From positions 11,973,929 to 12,037,928 of the forward strand of contig OZ316895.1 of the NCBI GenBank assembly GCA_973895155.1: 64,000 nucleotides of DNA. Direction: 5' to 3'. This document shows positions 28,553 through 42,600 of the stretch, piece after piece. Made by a program: the position numbers and the translations under genes. The DNA is from Marsupella aquatica. Lineage: Eukaryota; Plantae; Marchantiophyta. Each line of letters opens with the position of its first letter. Positions within the stretch are counted from its first letter, which is position 1. The notes beneath the pieces are model-generated. The model searched no databases. It saw only the letters and a program-made list of their open reading frames with translations, and was not told the origin of the DNA.

Positions 28553-31500
28553 TTAAGAAAGCTCAAATCCAGCATTGGATAAAATAGCATATCGTAGCTT
28601 TTCTCGAAGGGTCCCCACTCGCTTATATGTGGGAAGCTGCAACATGTCCAGTTTTGCAGAAAACTAAATCAGTACGGGCATGCAAAAATATATATTCTTC
28701 TCCTGATTCATTCACATTCGGCACCAAATATCCCTCATAAATAAGTTCAAAGTGTGTATTTGTCAGTTTAAGTTCAGCCGGACTTTCGACGATTGCCGAT
28801 CAATCGCAGCCAAGCCAGGTCACATCAGACTGATCTGTTGACTTTTTCCACTAAGAGAGACTAGAGGGGCCGGTTTAACATCTACACAACTACTAGCACA
28901 AAGTAGGCGCATTGACTGTGGTGAACAACCTCAAATTCCAACGTAATGTCTAAGCAGATAACAGCTTTACAAAAAATGTACGCACACCATGGATGTTACA
29001 TGTGAAGTTCAACAATTAGTAGGAACAATTAGCGACAACAGGAGGAATAATTTATTATTTTGATAGTAATCAAATTACCTTATACAAAGATTAAAAAAAC
29101 GATAGCAAAAGGAACAGCTGGCAACATCTCTCAGTGGGTATAATAGATGGGAGAGAATGCAAGTAACACCTTCAGAGTGTTGTAGCAGGTGGATGCTGAA
29201 GGAAGTCTTTCCACATCCTGTCCGCCAATGATGGCCCAAACGGGAGCATCACAAACAACCTGCAGATTTTTGAGTTAGTGAAGCAGTTCGTACTTGATCA
29301 GCAAAACTTAAAAATTTCATCTTATAAAATTGGCAAAACAGTGTTACCTTGTGTATTGTAAATGCCGGCTGCAAGTGCTTGAACCCAAGAAGCGGTGCGC
29401 GTGAACAGCTAGTTACAAACTTTAGAAGGGCACATCGTTCATGGGCCTCTAGTCCTGCTACAACCTGCTCAACATTCACCTGGTTCACTCAGGATGGAAA
29501 ACAGAGTGGAGATCCATGGCGATTCATTGATTTAAACTACGCACGAATCCGGTGCTAAAACCTGATCTAGATCCTAAAACAACGAAGAAATAACTTCAGG
29601 CCATGCCATGAAGAATTCACAAAAAGACGTTTAATTGAGCATAAATCGTATGCAGCATTTGTCATTGATTTAAACTAATTTGCTGGTTGATATGTGACCG
29701 GCAGAAGTTTTCCATTCTGATCTTGAAAACTATCAATCTCATTATAAAATCAGCGGGAAGTAGTACAAATCGTAGCTACTACTGTTGCCGGTAAAGGGCA
29801 TATTGGGCACATGCTCTGAGAAGCATTTATACAGATAGACGGACGACCTGAAAGGACTCAAATTAAGTGTTTAGTAGAGCAGATCAAGATATTTAGCTAT
29901 GGAAATAGACGAAAGTAAGCCCTTGATTATAGATGAATACATATCATAGACGCACATAATATTCCGAATACTCTGAGTACAATTACGAAAAACATTGTGG
30001 ATCGAAAGTACAGCTTTGAGACTGACCTCCCAGAAAAGCTTCACAGTACGGCTGCTGTCTGTAAAACCTCCAGTGTAGCGAGTATGAGCCCTTAAGTCTT
30101 CCACATCAAAATCGTGCTCTCCACCCGAAAGCAGCTTCGCTAGCACAACACACGGCCCAATTGGGCCTCTTATCCGCTGTCAGTAGGGGGTACTTCGAGG
30201 AAACTAATAAAGGCATGTTAAGCAACGCTATAAGAAGCCCAAGAGAAACCACACAATCTTATCCTACTATCCAGTCATGCACCTCAAATCCCATTGAGAT
30301 TATTTTTTAGTTTTATTTACAGTCATTGATCTCGTGATAAGCTACAAGGTACGGGAAACGTTCTCCAGCATATGGCTAGTAACAACTTTGCCAACGGTAT
30401 ACTGGAATTTCAGGTTTCAAGGAAAAGGCAGTACCTGATTGAACTCCTTCGCATTGAAAAGTCCTAGCCAAGCTGGGTCAATTAGGTCCGACAAGCCCCT
30501 AGAGAATGCTGAGATGATGGGTCTCATCTGGTTTGAAAAGTAAACCCCAGGAGAAACACTCGTTAGTAAATGCATCAATTGATATTGCCGGTTGTTTCAG
30601 AGGCACTTCATAATTCCTTAATCAGAAATGACATCCACTTCTTAGACATAAATTACCTGCCGGTTGAGCTTGTAATCAGCCATTGCATGAACATACTGCA
30701 GCTTGTTTTCATTTGTCACAGCTATGTTAGCACCACCTGGACGGAGCTCAACAGTAGTGTGCTTGCCGAACAGTTCCTCCGTTACCGTAAAATCTAATGC
30801 AAGATCGCGTGCATCACCCTCATAATGCTGCAATCCGTTTCCCAACCCCCAAATTTGTCAGGTATTCCTATCTGAAGCTGATACAAGAGTTCTACCATGC
30901 GGGTCAGAAGAAGACTGGGACCTGAAACGAAGCATGATAATCTGAATCATAAATGAAGGCAAGAGGATGCGAGTAATAGTAGATTGGACAAATCATTTTG
31001 AAGAAAATGTCAGACCTTCAGGTACATTAGATTTCGATGAAGTTCTGCGTCAAGGGTTGAGAGTTCATCAAGAAAGCTGTAACGCCCTAGCAGTTTTGAG
31101 ACAAAGAGTGGTGCAAATGAGTACTCCAACAGTATGCCTTCATATAGCGCTTTCCCTATAATCTGCCCAAGAAACTCGATCATCCGGAGGCCATGGCCCA
31201 AGCTAGCAGCAGCTGCGTGAGGAAATAGTAGTCCCTCCTCGGTTGCCGTCTGTACAAATAACCCATACCTGAACAACTAGCATACATTAGCTTTTCCACG
31301 GTATAATCGAGGGAAAATTGGATGCTCTTTCATTTCATGTACACAAGAGTGAAAATATGGCAGGATATCGATTGTTTGTTGTAGAAATCCAAAGGGCAAC
31401 GACCACAATCAAATCCCTCTACTGAAAACGAACAACAAGATTGAGGACGGTACGAGTAAATTATTAAAGGTCTATGCGAAAGAAGGGAAAACAGCAATTG

Positions 31501-34500
31501 CGGACAACATCAAGAAGCTATCGGGGATTTATAACTTACCCGGGATCAAAAGCTGCTTTTGCAAGATTTGTGAGGAATTCCTTAAAAAGACCACCATAAT
31601 CTAACCCTGCTTCTGAGAGTCCAAGCTCATTGACGAATGATACATTTATACATGACTTCAGCTTCGAGCCAAGGCCATGGAGATGGGCAAATCCATCCTC
31701 TACAACATGATCTCTTCTAACAGCTATTTCAATCATGCCTGGTCCAGGTCCAATTGCCTCTCCTCCAGTCTGTTTCCGTGACTTGTCTGTTCTCACAAAC
31801 TCTCGGAATATATGCACCCTGATTCAGTAACAATCGTAAGAGGGAGGTCAGATTCAATAAGAATTAGCTCGATCTGGACATAAATCTACTGACAAGTGCG
31901 CACCTCCAACATTCACTCCAAAAACGACATCAAAAATAGAGCAGAATCTGCAAAGATGGTTGTGGAAGAGAAACCTTTGTTCAAAAGGAAGAACATGCGG
32001 AATGGTGGTGAGTACAGCGCCCACTCCGGGTGCTTGAAACGCATCGCGCATCTTTGCGGAGGCACTGGAGACCTCATGATGAGCCCGTGCTGCAGCAGCA
32101 GTGGGTGGGTGCAATGACACAGCTGGGGCAAGCCAGAGGGCTGGCTCGCAAAAACTACGTCGACAATCTCTCTCATAGAGTGAGCGTAAACACCTTGCGG
32201 CCGATTCTGTCAGGAGTGAGTTTTGACACTTGGAACTCATAAGTCCATTGTAGACCATTGTGTTTAACATTGCTGATATGAGCCTTTGTTGATCCATCGT
32301 GAATGGTACCTGTGAGGATGGTGCAACGAATCAATGTGGGTCACTCGATATACGGTCTTTAAAGGCTTTGTTAACATGGCCGTCCCTTCTGTCAGTTACG
32401 CCATACGCAATTCCCGGTTAGCTGGGATTTCAATTTTACACACGAATTCTTGGATCCAAGACCGAGCACACTGATCACACGATGGGACTTAACTTCAACT
32501 CTGAACTCAGTGAGACGTAAGGACTTATCAATAGATGAGAAATGTTAGTGTATGGCTGAAAACAAAAACAAAGGTTTAAGGACAGAAAGAAATACAACTT
32601 AGTGAAGTTACGAGACTCACCAAATTGTTTAATGACCGTGAATAGCAGACAAGGGAACCTCTTTGAGACAATGCCATACCTGCCGTTCATAGAATTCTTC
32701 GTCATCAACCACCATCAAGAGATGTGCGTACGATGCACAAAACAACGACAAAACTGGTACTGCGTCAACTGGTACTCCAGCAGGCCCACTCCTCATAGAT
32801 TGCAAGTCCCACAAATGAGACTGCGCTTCCTCAGCATCAACTCCCCCCATTGTTTGTGGTTGGTAAGAACTAGAGCTCCCTTCGGCACCAGTACTTCTAA
32901 TCCTCATTTTCAAACCGAGTGCAGCTGCCCATTTTCCACCTGTCGGCTTCCCTGAATTTCCATCTTTTGAGATCGATAAACTTTTCGTGAATTGGCTTGA
33001 AGACTTTGAATGGGAACCATTGATACCTTTTGAAGCTGGTAAATGTAACTTAAGAGCGATTTGGAGCCATTCCCATAACCGAGGTAAAAGAGTCTTAGAA
33101 AACGCCAATATATTCAATATTGGTAGTCGGCCACCATTTTGATTAAAAACCACAAGAAATTTTGAATACAATTTGGCTACTTCTGTCAATTGAAGATCTC
33201 TTTTCGGTAATTCTTCCCCACTTTGATAGGTATCGGCCCCACGGTGCTTATCTTCCATTTCTTTAGAAGAGCCTTCACTGGCCTCAAGGAGAAGCACAAG
33301 ATGCCAGCTCTGATACAGGGGTTTGAGAGTCTTGTACAAGAGTTTAAACACAGAGCTGGCTCCAAACGTTTGAGAGTCCTCTGTAGCACGTAGTGAATTC
33401 TCCACACGAAATCCAAGGTGTACGGCCTCCTCCATCTCCTCAGTATCCTCACCAGCATACCTAGACTTCAAAGTCTCCTGTTGTTTCCGTTCAACCCAGG
33501 GAGTCAAATCATTGAGAAGGCAACAAAGTGCGTGGACATACTCCTCCAGCATTAATCCCTTGACAAACTGGCCACTAAATTCTTTTCTCTTTATACTCGA
33601 TCCACAAGCCAGGCTCACCAAATTAGCCAATGCCCACAGCGATAGCGGATAGTGAGTAAGCTCTTGCTCTCCCTTGCTCGACTGTATAGATGAAGAGGCT
33701 GAAGATGCCACCTTGACCAGTCCATTAATAGGGACCTACACGTAACCCCAAGGCCAACATTTTAAATTTAGTGGCCGACATCGACATTACCAATGGCGAT
33801 GCTGAGGTCAGATCAGTCCCATCCGAGCCAAAAACTGGACTGAGAAATTTAGTGTAATTCTTACAGGCATTTTATATGCAGGAATCTGCTTGGTTCAATT
33901 CTTGCTGTGTCACTAAGAATAGAGAAAGTGAGCCTAGGATTTGACGGATGTTAGAGAAGTGGTCAGCAGCTCTCTCCCAATTCTCTGCACGGTAAAAACG
34001 TGAGAACAAGAAGCATATATGACAGGAAGGGAGACTGAGTTTTTCTTTCACTAAGAATCCGAAGTACCATCCTCTGCTGATTATAAGGCTTCAATCTTTA
34101 GGCATATTCTCATATGAGCGGCAGGTACTCACCCCAAACGTTCGCAGGCAGGGAGCCAATGCAGATGTGTGTTGAAGAGCAGGTACAAGTGCTCCAGGAA
34201 GGCGCTGTATGAGAAAGGGTATAGTAAGAATGTGCGTTGCAAACATCACGGCTGCTCGGGCCGACGACGCTCTCAAGCGTTCCAATTCTTTTCGATCTTG
34301 TTGCGATTCTTGTTGCGAAGCTGCAGAAAGGTTAACCAAAGGCCGTAACGCTAAAGTAATAGCACTTACAGTGACTATGAATTTGTCCCTATCGAGTGGC
34401 AGTTCATGTTCACTATCACTCATGGGAACTGAATAGTTAGTAATAATATAAGACCGGATAGCTGGAAAAAGTCCTCCATGACCTCTTGCCAGCCACTCTA

Positions 34501-36351
34501 ATAGGTTCAGTGCCAGTACATTTGCCTTAAGCTGGTCATCTTTCTGTGAGAAACCCTTCCACATGGTCGCATCTGTCAAAGCTACCATGACCCGCACGGT
34601 CAACCCAGGCAAGATCCTTGCTGCCTTGTCAGTGTCATACCATTCGTGGCCATCATTAGCAAGCACAGTGCCACAAAGCTCTAAAATTTTGTGGACTTGA
34701 TAAAGCCATCTAGCCTGTTCGTCTCCAGAACCAATTGCCAGTGAACAATAATTTCTTGATATATCTGCATAACACGACATAGACTGTGATTGTCAAGTGA
34801 GACCCACATCAAATGGTCTCAAAAAGTCGAAAACAGCCATCCATTCACCAAATCTTGGATAGGAACCGGAAAGACACCAACGTAGAGTTATGAGCTGACC
34901 AGCTTCAGTCCAGTTATTCCAGTAAGTTTTAGAGACCATTACGAAGTCCCAGGAAAGGACCCTTCACAGTGTATCACGAGGTTCAGTCAAGGGCATACCA
35001 GTGGAATTGATACTCTCTAGGAGGAGCTTAAACCCAGTAACAAGTCTGCTGTAATTCTTCGCACGCTGGGCAGAAAAAGATGATGACGGGCTGACGAGGA
35101 AGAGCAGAGGTCTCAGGACCTGATTTGATATAATGTCTGCAGATAAGGAGCGCTCGGAAGGCTGCTTATTCAGTATAGCTGCATCCCAATCTGCTTGCAC
35201 AAAGTAGGCTGCCTCCTGGGCAGCTCTTCTTCCTCTCCATACTCTCTGCAATGCCAATGTACAAGAATTAATAGGTCACTTAGCTTCTTTCACGTAATTG
35301 CAGCAAATATGTGATATCTACATGCCTCACCGACCCCTTGCCGTCTGAATATAATACATAGGCCAATTGGAATTCCACTGCCTCCTAAAAACTTCCTCAA
35401 TAAATTGGGCGTGATCAATGACAAAATCCTGAGAAATCTTTCGAAGAACAATCCTGCTGAATATACAAGGGATCCCAGATGACCCTAACTGTTCAAGCAA
35501 TCCAATGCTGTCCTAACCCTTCAAAATCACCATCAAGATTCAGACTTCGCAATTCCTGGGCCACAGTACATACCTGTATGAGTAAGGCGGAGGCAGCAGC
35601 TTTCTTAGCAAGGAGCCTGGAAGCCCTTTCTTGGGCAACCTTCTCGAGGAGCACATCTCTTGAGACCTCTTTCGCACTAGCCCCTCTCAGAGACACCTAA
35701 TAGAGAATTGCATAAAATACGTATATCAGGAAAGAGCTCACCAATGCAAGAAAGATGCAACAAACTTTCCGCAGGAGATAACTGGAGTTTGCCAGAGCTC
35801 GAATTACGTAAAGCGCTCTAATTCATCCGCCTACCGCAAAGCACATTCAAATTTGCCGAGAATATTGCAGTTTATCCACTCTGTCAATCCCTCTCACATC
35901 GACGTCTACCGCATACTGCTTAAGATTCCGACAGAAATACCTCCTGTAAGCAGAATGGTTAAGGAGGCTGCGTCAACAATTCCCTGTGCCGAGGAATTGG
36001 ACTGTCGTCTCTGCAAGTTTAATACCAGGAAAATTGCAAACCAGGAAAATTGCAAACCATCCCCCTGACTGAACTAAACTCAGTTTAATATCCAGAAAGA
36101 TAAGTCATTGAATTCTCCCGAAATTATTTTTTTCCCAATCTGTCTATCACGACGGCGTAGGAAGAGATCGATAACAATTATCTTGCTCCAGCAAGACAAC
36201 ACAAATCTGAAACCTTAAGTACGTCCATTGACGAGAGAACGCACACCAGAATTGGCCAACTTCTCCCCAACGTCCCATCGTCAAAAGATTATGGATCAGA
36301 GCAGACAGATCCAGACCACCTCACCTTAGGGCCTCTGCCGGATTGCTGCAT
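28553..36351 (-). CDS. UPL7: HECT-domain E3 ubiquitin ligase, UPL7-like, multi-exon
   Basis: Short exon 1 (36351-36325, MQQSGRGPK) splices to [27 protein letters not shown]...IQ|RVWRG, the UPL6/UPL7 N-terminus with its IQ motif. HECT motifs: [59 protein letters not shown] (catalytic Cys), ending [14 protein letters not shown] at 28553. Confidence 0.93.
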
Positions 36352-37459
36352 TTGCCTCGCCCTTGACGCCGGCAGCAGATCACGTTCGAAACCTTCCAGA
36401 CGAGGAGGACCATTTTCCCATTGATCTGCTTCTCGCATGCCAGCCGGCCGGCACCTCTGCTACGAGCTAATAAATAGATTAACTAATTACACCGCACAAT
36501 CATGGCCCAAACTCGAATCCAATCCAGAAATCCTCTTCCACCACCTCTGTGACTCCGCCTCACGCCAAAACAAAACCCTAGACTAGTCTCTCAACATCGG
36601 AGCTCTTACGGTACTACACTTTCAGAACCAGAAAGTGATAATTAACAGTTTAACAGAGTCGAAGAGTCGAAGTGAATTCCGTTACGTCACACATCGCATC
36701 TTACAGAACCACGCTCTCACTTTACCACAACATTTCCAACCTTGCAACCGAACAGAGAAGTCATAATTATCAGTTTAAGGCCGAGTCGACGACAATTCCG
36801 TTACGACAACACATCTCTCATCATAGTGTAGAACCATCACAACAACAACGCCCGACTGGCCCCTCCACCACTGCCACCATATTCCTTTCGTCCTCACGCT
36901 CCAATGTAACGTAATCCAGGCGCCTAGCTCCACTCAAAGACCATGACATATGTTGGGTTTTCGCAAATTTTAGTGGACCTCCAAACAACATAGAGTGATC
37001 GATAGATGACCGAGCCAAACTGCAGACTCCCGCACTAGGTAAACAGGCTTCGTCCAATTCCTTCCTTCTCCCAATTTCGGACGGCGAAGTGGGGAAACTT
37101 TCGTATTGCTCATTTATTGATACAGCAGACGAAGAATTCTCTGTTCTGCTCTGCTCTGCTTCGCTCTCGGACAAATAGATTGCGTCGTCAGGAGAACTGT
37201 ACTGTGATGCACAGTCCAGTTCCATCCAATTACTACCACAGTGCTGCAGTACTTTACCGCAGTCTCTGCCACCCGTACGGCTCAGTCGGTGACACCCGTT
37301 GTCACTGGCAGGAATAGACGGTGGATGCTGGCCGTCTCCTTAAGTGGGGAAGTATGCGCCGTCGGATATGAGCCCAATTAATTGTGGTTGTCTGCTCCTC
37401 TGGATAGTGAGTAGATAACATTGTCAGAAGAATTGTATTGTACTTTCAAGTTCTGTCAT

Positions 37460-38569
37460 TAGGGCGTCTCAAAGCCTGGCGTTAATTAACCTGTTATGGG
37501 TCGGCCGTAAGTGGCCAATGACAGTTATGGGCAGAAATATTACGGGAGACCAAATTCAGCTTCCGTAATTCCTGTCAAGAGAAGAGGTTACCGGTGTGTA
37601 ACCATTTTTGCAGGGCCTGCTATAGTCCTAATCTGCTGTCCTGAAAAGTCTAACCGGTAACCTCTTTCCGGGCAGGAGTTACGTGTTGAGCATAGACGAC
37701 ATTCGTAACGGCAAGCCCATGAACCATCCAATGCACAACAGTCGACACAAAGAGATACGTGGTTCACCTCCACATGAGGCTCCGTCCACGGGAACATACA
37801 AGAGCTTTACTGCACTCTAGGCCGACCGGCCATACCAAGCATCCACAACACAAGCTCTCACTATCTCTCAACTAGCTCCGTAACAATGAGCCTAAGTTCC
37901 ACCAGGGTCAGGCATCAGCCCTGGCTATATGCACAACGACACTACCGCTCACATTAGCTAAGTCCTAACCCGAGTGAGCCTAACTGTAGTTAGCTCATGA
38001 GTCACAAGACTAGAGCAATATCTAACATTACGTACGCTAGTGCAGGTCTGGGCTAGGGTTATAGACTGTAACCTGCTCCCGGAATATTCAAAGAAGTTTT
38101 CCGGCTGCCGCCGGTCAGCTTCTTTTCATATTCCAGACACAAGGTTATAGCCTAGTAACCCTGCGCCCAAACCTGCATTACCCTTTATGTAAGTGAGTGT
38201 CTGTGGCCCAAGTGCTTAACCCATAACTTTACATGTCTCCCATAACATGTGAGCACAAGCACTGTTGCATCTTTTTGTGGTTTTGTGTGTGTTACGTTGA
38301 TGGAGTTCAAACTCCGTGTTTGATGGCAAACTCCAAGCTTTGGTCGCATCAGTCGTCATGGACATTGTCATTTTTGAGTTGCTGTCGTGTCAACTTCTGG
38401 GACTTATGGGTTGAGGCAGGTCTTGACTAAAGGACTTACTTTGAGCGAGACTTTATCCCTTAACTCGCCCCTTAACAGTCAGGTCAATGCTAAACCCCCT
38501 GCCAAAAAAGACCCATAAGTCATGCCAATAAGGTGAGTTATGGGTCCAGCTGAGCTTTGAGAGACCCTA
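37460..38569. mobile_element. Non-autonomous TIR DNA transposon (MITE-like) carrying a nested solo LTR
   Basis: The left end TAGGGCGTCTCAAAGC and the right end GCTTTGAGAGACCCTA form an imperfect 16-bp inverted repeat. A TTATGGG/CCCATAA motif recurs near both ends. No 8-bp TSD is visible; a TA duplication is possible. Confidence 0.6.
37684..38027 (-). mobile_element. Solo LTR of the same copia family (344 bp)
   Basis: Reverse complement of the LTR (TGTTAGATATTGCTCTAG...GCTCAACA), flanked by the 5-bp TSD TTACG at 37679-37683 and 38028-38032, with no internal sequence. Confidence 0.97.
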
Positions 38570-38831
38570 TTATAACTATAGTGCAATTGTACTGTACTAC
38601 AGTCCCTGCCACCCACAGCCCATGCCGCCCTTACGACTAGGTAGGATAAACCCGCTCGTCACTGGTTGAATGGACGGTGGATGCCGTGCATCATCTTTAT
38701 TGGAGAAATGGTCGCCATCGGATCTGAGCCAAGTTAACTGCGGTTGTGTGCTGTACTGCACAGTGAAAGTCAAACACACAGTCCATGAAGATCCTTCTGG
38801 TAAGGGTGTCTTTTTTTTGCTCCTGTTTGCT

Positions 38832-39164
38832 CGAAAAGACACTCTAAGGGATAGGTTCCATGGGCCAGGAGTAGGGAGTACGATCACTCCCTTTGACACC
38901 CCTTGGGGCCAAGCTATGCCGTACACCAAGGTGTACACAATATTTTAAATATACGAGTTTTGACTTTATAGCCAATGAAAAATGGGCAGGGGGTAATTCT
39001 GGAGCTTAACAGGGACTGCGAGAGAAAATCATACTCTCTAGTATTGTACTATCTGACACCCCTTAGTCCCTGGAAAAGTTGTAATCTTTTGGCTTAAACA
39101 TTGTGACACACATCTGTACTCCTCACTCCCAGCCCCATAGAACCAAACCCTGAGTTCCTTTTCG
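38832..39164. mobile_element. ~330-bp foldback/MITE-like element with ~50-bp imperfect terminal inverted repeats
   Basis: CGAAAAGACACTCTAAGGGATAGGTTCCATGGGCCAGGAGTAGGGAGTAC pairs imperfectly with GTACTCCTCACTCCCAGCCCCATAGAACCAAACCCTGAGTTCCTTTTCG. TSD not resolved. Confidence 0.55.
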
Positions 39165-39321
39165 TTTTACCAGCCTGTGGCGGCAGCAGTTTAATTGCCC
39201 CTTTTTTTGGTGAAAGATACAATCTAGACCGTAGGATGCTAAACTTTGGCCAGAGTTGCCTTTACAACACCATGGCAGCAGCAGTCTGCTAAAATTTTAC
39301 CATCCTACATGGGATTGTGTG

Positions 39322-39470
39322 GATCCCCTTGACACTTGTTTTTATCCAAAACATACACCACCCCCAAAAGAAACGCCACTTAAAGTAAGGCACAATTTGA
39401 TCCCCTTGACACTTGTTTTTATCCAAAACATACACCACCCCCAAAAGAAACGCCACTTAAAGTGAGGCAT
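39322..39470. repeat. Near-perfect tandem duplication, ~77-bp unit x2
   Basis: GATCCCCTTGACACTTGTTTTTATCCAAAACATACACCACCCCCAAAAGAAACGCCACTTAAAGT occurs twice in tandem. Confidence 0.9.
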
Positions 39471-39601
39471 GATTTTAGGGAGGCCAAATAAATGGATTTG
39501 AAGATTACTTTGGGGAAATATCAGAGCTTGGAAAAAATGAGCATTCTGCTGCCTCCAACGGGTTGTGAAGAGACCCTGTAATTGCCTTAATGTGTGAGAG
39601 A

Positions 39602-42600
39602 TGTTAGATATTGCTCTAGTCTTGTGACTAATGTGCTAACCATAGTTAGGCTAACTCGGGTTACGACCTAGCTAAGGTTAGCGGTAGTGCTGTTGTGCAT
39701 ATAGCCAGGGCTGATGCCAGACCCTGGTGGAACAAAGGCTCATTGTTATGGAGCTAGTTGAGAGATAGGAAGAGCTTGTGCTGTGGATGCTTGGTATGGC
39801 CGGTCGGCCTAGAGTGCAATAAAGCTCTTGTATGTTCCCGTGGACGTAGCCTCATGTGGAGGTGAACCACGTATCTCTCTATGTCGACTATTGTGCGTTG
39901 GATGGTTCATGGGCTTGCCGTTACGAATGTCGTCTATGCTCAACAAGTGGTATCAGAGCATGCCTGGGAGGTGACAAGGTTTTTTTGTGACAGGTTTTTT
40001 CCAGCATTCATTGTCGATGGTACATTCAGAGTTTCGTCGCATGAAACTCGAATGTGTGTGGCTGAGCGGATAGGTTAGTGAGAGGGCTTTCTAACGGTGG
40101 TTAGAACTCGCTGATCGGTATCCGTGGTGCGGAGGAATCAAAGTTTGCGTTGTTCAGGTTTTATTCATGTTCGACGGTTTTCGGGGGAGAGACCAGAGTT
40201 TGTGTTTTCAACAGTGTGAGCTGTGCGGTGCGGGAGGCGTCGCATGTTGTAGCTCAAGTTGAAGGTTGAAGCAAACTGGTCGTTTTGGTAGCTGGATTGT
40301 TGCCGAGTTGTTACCGAGTGCGACGTGACGAGTGACGGAGGCGTTCAGGTTTTTTCACAAGCTATGGAGCTTGTTCTCATCTGAACCGGGTTTCTCTTCG
40401 TGACGTCCGACTCGGTGGAAGAAACGCGAAGTGCTACGGCTCAACGGTTTGATCGCGGCGAAGCGGTCGTTTTGAGTCCGGGATTGGCACGTGACGCGGA
40501 GTGAGTGTGAAGCAGTGGAATTTTTTTTCTCTGCTGGAGCTGCAGACTGTGCTGGTGCAATTCGGCAACATTTCCTGTCGGCGGCATTCACTTTACTCGT
40601 GAGAAGCAGCGGCGTTCAAGTATTGGACTCCTAGCTTTGTGGGCTACGCGGTGGTGTTGAGTTTTGAGTTTTATGAGAAGTTTCGAAAAAAGACGTTTTT
40701 TCGTGATTGTTTCATATGAGTGACTCGGAGGATACTGGAAGAATTGGCGTCGGTGGAGCTTCAAGATCGCGATGGTCAGACGGAGAGTCTGAGGAGGAGC
40801 TGCTACCGTTTGAGGAAGAACTAGTGACACCGGTACGATCACCGGTGCGGCGTGCAGTGGAGGAAGCTGTGTTACTACCAGAGCTATCGGTAGTAGGGAA
40901 GAAGAGGGAGATGGCTAGATTCGGAGGAGTAAAGTTTGAGGTGGAGAAGTACGATGGTCGTACTGACTACTTGCTCTGGGAGAAGCAAGTGAAGGGTGTT
41001 CTACGGGCCATGGGCTTAGCTCATCTGCTCTCTTCGCGAGAGCAGTATGATGAAGAGGAGGAGATTTCTTTGAGACAGTGGAGACAGGAGCAGGTGATTG
41101 CTGTCAATGCAGTGATGCTATATCTCAAGCCGCACATCATCAAGCAGCTGGATGATTATACGGATTGCACGTCACTGTTCAAGGCTCTAAGAGAGAAGTA
41201 CTACCGGGAAGATGCATCAGACCGGCTATACAAGAAATCTCTCTTGATGAGCCTCAGACTCAAGGAAGGGAGCAAGATGCAGATCACCTGGATGAGTTTG
41301 ACAGTCTAGCTATTGATCTGTCAAACCTAGGAAAAGGAGTTGAAGATGAGAATAAGGCCTTGCTTCTGCTAAGCTCCTTACCGCCGTCTTATCAGGGCTT
41401 GAAACAGGTGCTCTTGTACAGAGATTTGAAGTCCATTTCGTATAATGAGGTGGTGAGCTCATTACTGTCTGATGATGCTCAGAAGAAGCTAGGTCTATCA
41501 CAGACAGCATCTTCTTCTGGCACTGCGCTCAATGTGAACAGGGGAAGAGCAGCATAGCGCACGAATGGGCAGTACAGGTTTAGATCTACATCACGGGGGA
41601 GATCTAAATCCAGAGGGAAATCGCAAGAGAGGAAGCCTCTTGCATGTTGGAATTGTGGCAAGCCTGGCCACATGAAAAGGGATTGTCGAGTAAAGGTCCC
41701 TACTGCCTCTGCTAATGCGGCATCGAGCTCGCATGAGGTAGATTTACTCGATGATGATGACATATTGTGATGTCAAAGTTATGCTCTCAACGTAGTGTCA
41801 AATCCAGGTAAAGATGACTAGATTCTAGATAGTGCATGTACTTTTCACATTTACTCTAGAAGAGATTGTTTCAGTTCTTACACGGTTTCCAACGGGTCAG
41901 TGTTGATGGGAAATGGAATCTCATGTCAAGTTGTTGGACTTGGATCTGTAAGATTTCAGATGTTTGATGGTGTTGTGAGAACGTTGAGGAATGTGAGACA
42001 TATTCCCAGCATGATGAAAAATCTCATTTCACTTGGAGTTTTAGAAGCAAATGGCCATCAGTGGAGCTCTGCTAATGGTGTCCTTCAGGTTTCAACTGGT
42101 ACTAAAGTTGTATTGAAGGGAAAGAGACATAGCAATCTATACGTTTTGGAGGGCAGTGTAGTTTGTGATGAAGCCAATGTAACCTTATCTCATGAGGAGA
42201 CGGCCCGGCTTTGGCACTTCCGTTTGGGCCACATGAGTGAAAAAGGTTTGGTTATTCTTCAAAAGAAAGGATTACTTTCTAATTTGCAATCTTGTAAGTT
42301 GGAATTTTGTGAGCACTGTGTGCTAGGGAAGCAACACAGGAAACCCTTCGGAGTTGGAACTCACACCAGCAAGGAGGTACTTGAGTATGTACATAGTGAT
42401 GTGTGGGGTCCAGCCCCTACTCCCTCACATTCTGGACGGTTATACTATGTCACGTTCATAGACGATTACTCAAGGTATGTGTGGATATACTTTCTACACA
42501 ATAAGTCTGATGTTTTTGCCACTTTTAAGGAGTGGAAAGCCCAAGTAGAGAATCAGACTGGTAATAAGGTGAGATATCTTCGATCGGATAATGGCGGTGA

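Noticed and set aside
36821-37225. 134-aa ORF upstream of UPL7
   Set aside because: No recognisable domain or splice support, and it lies at the edge of repeat-rich DNA; it cannot be supported as a gene from sequence alone.
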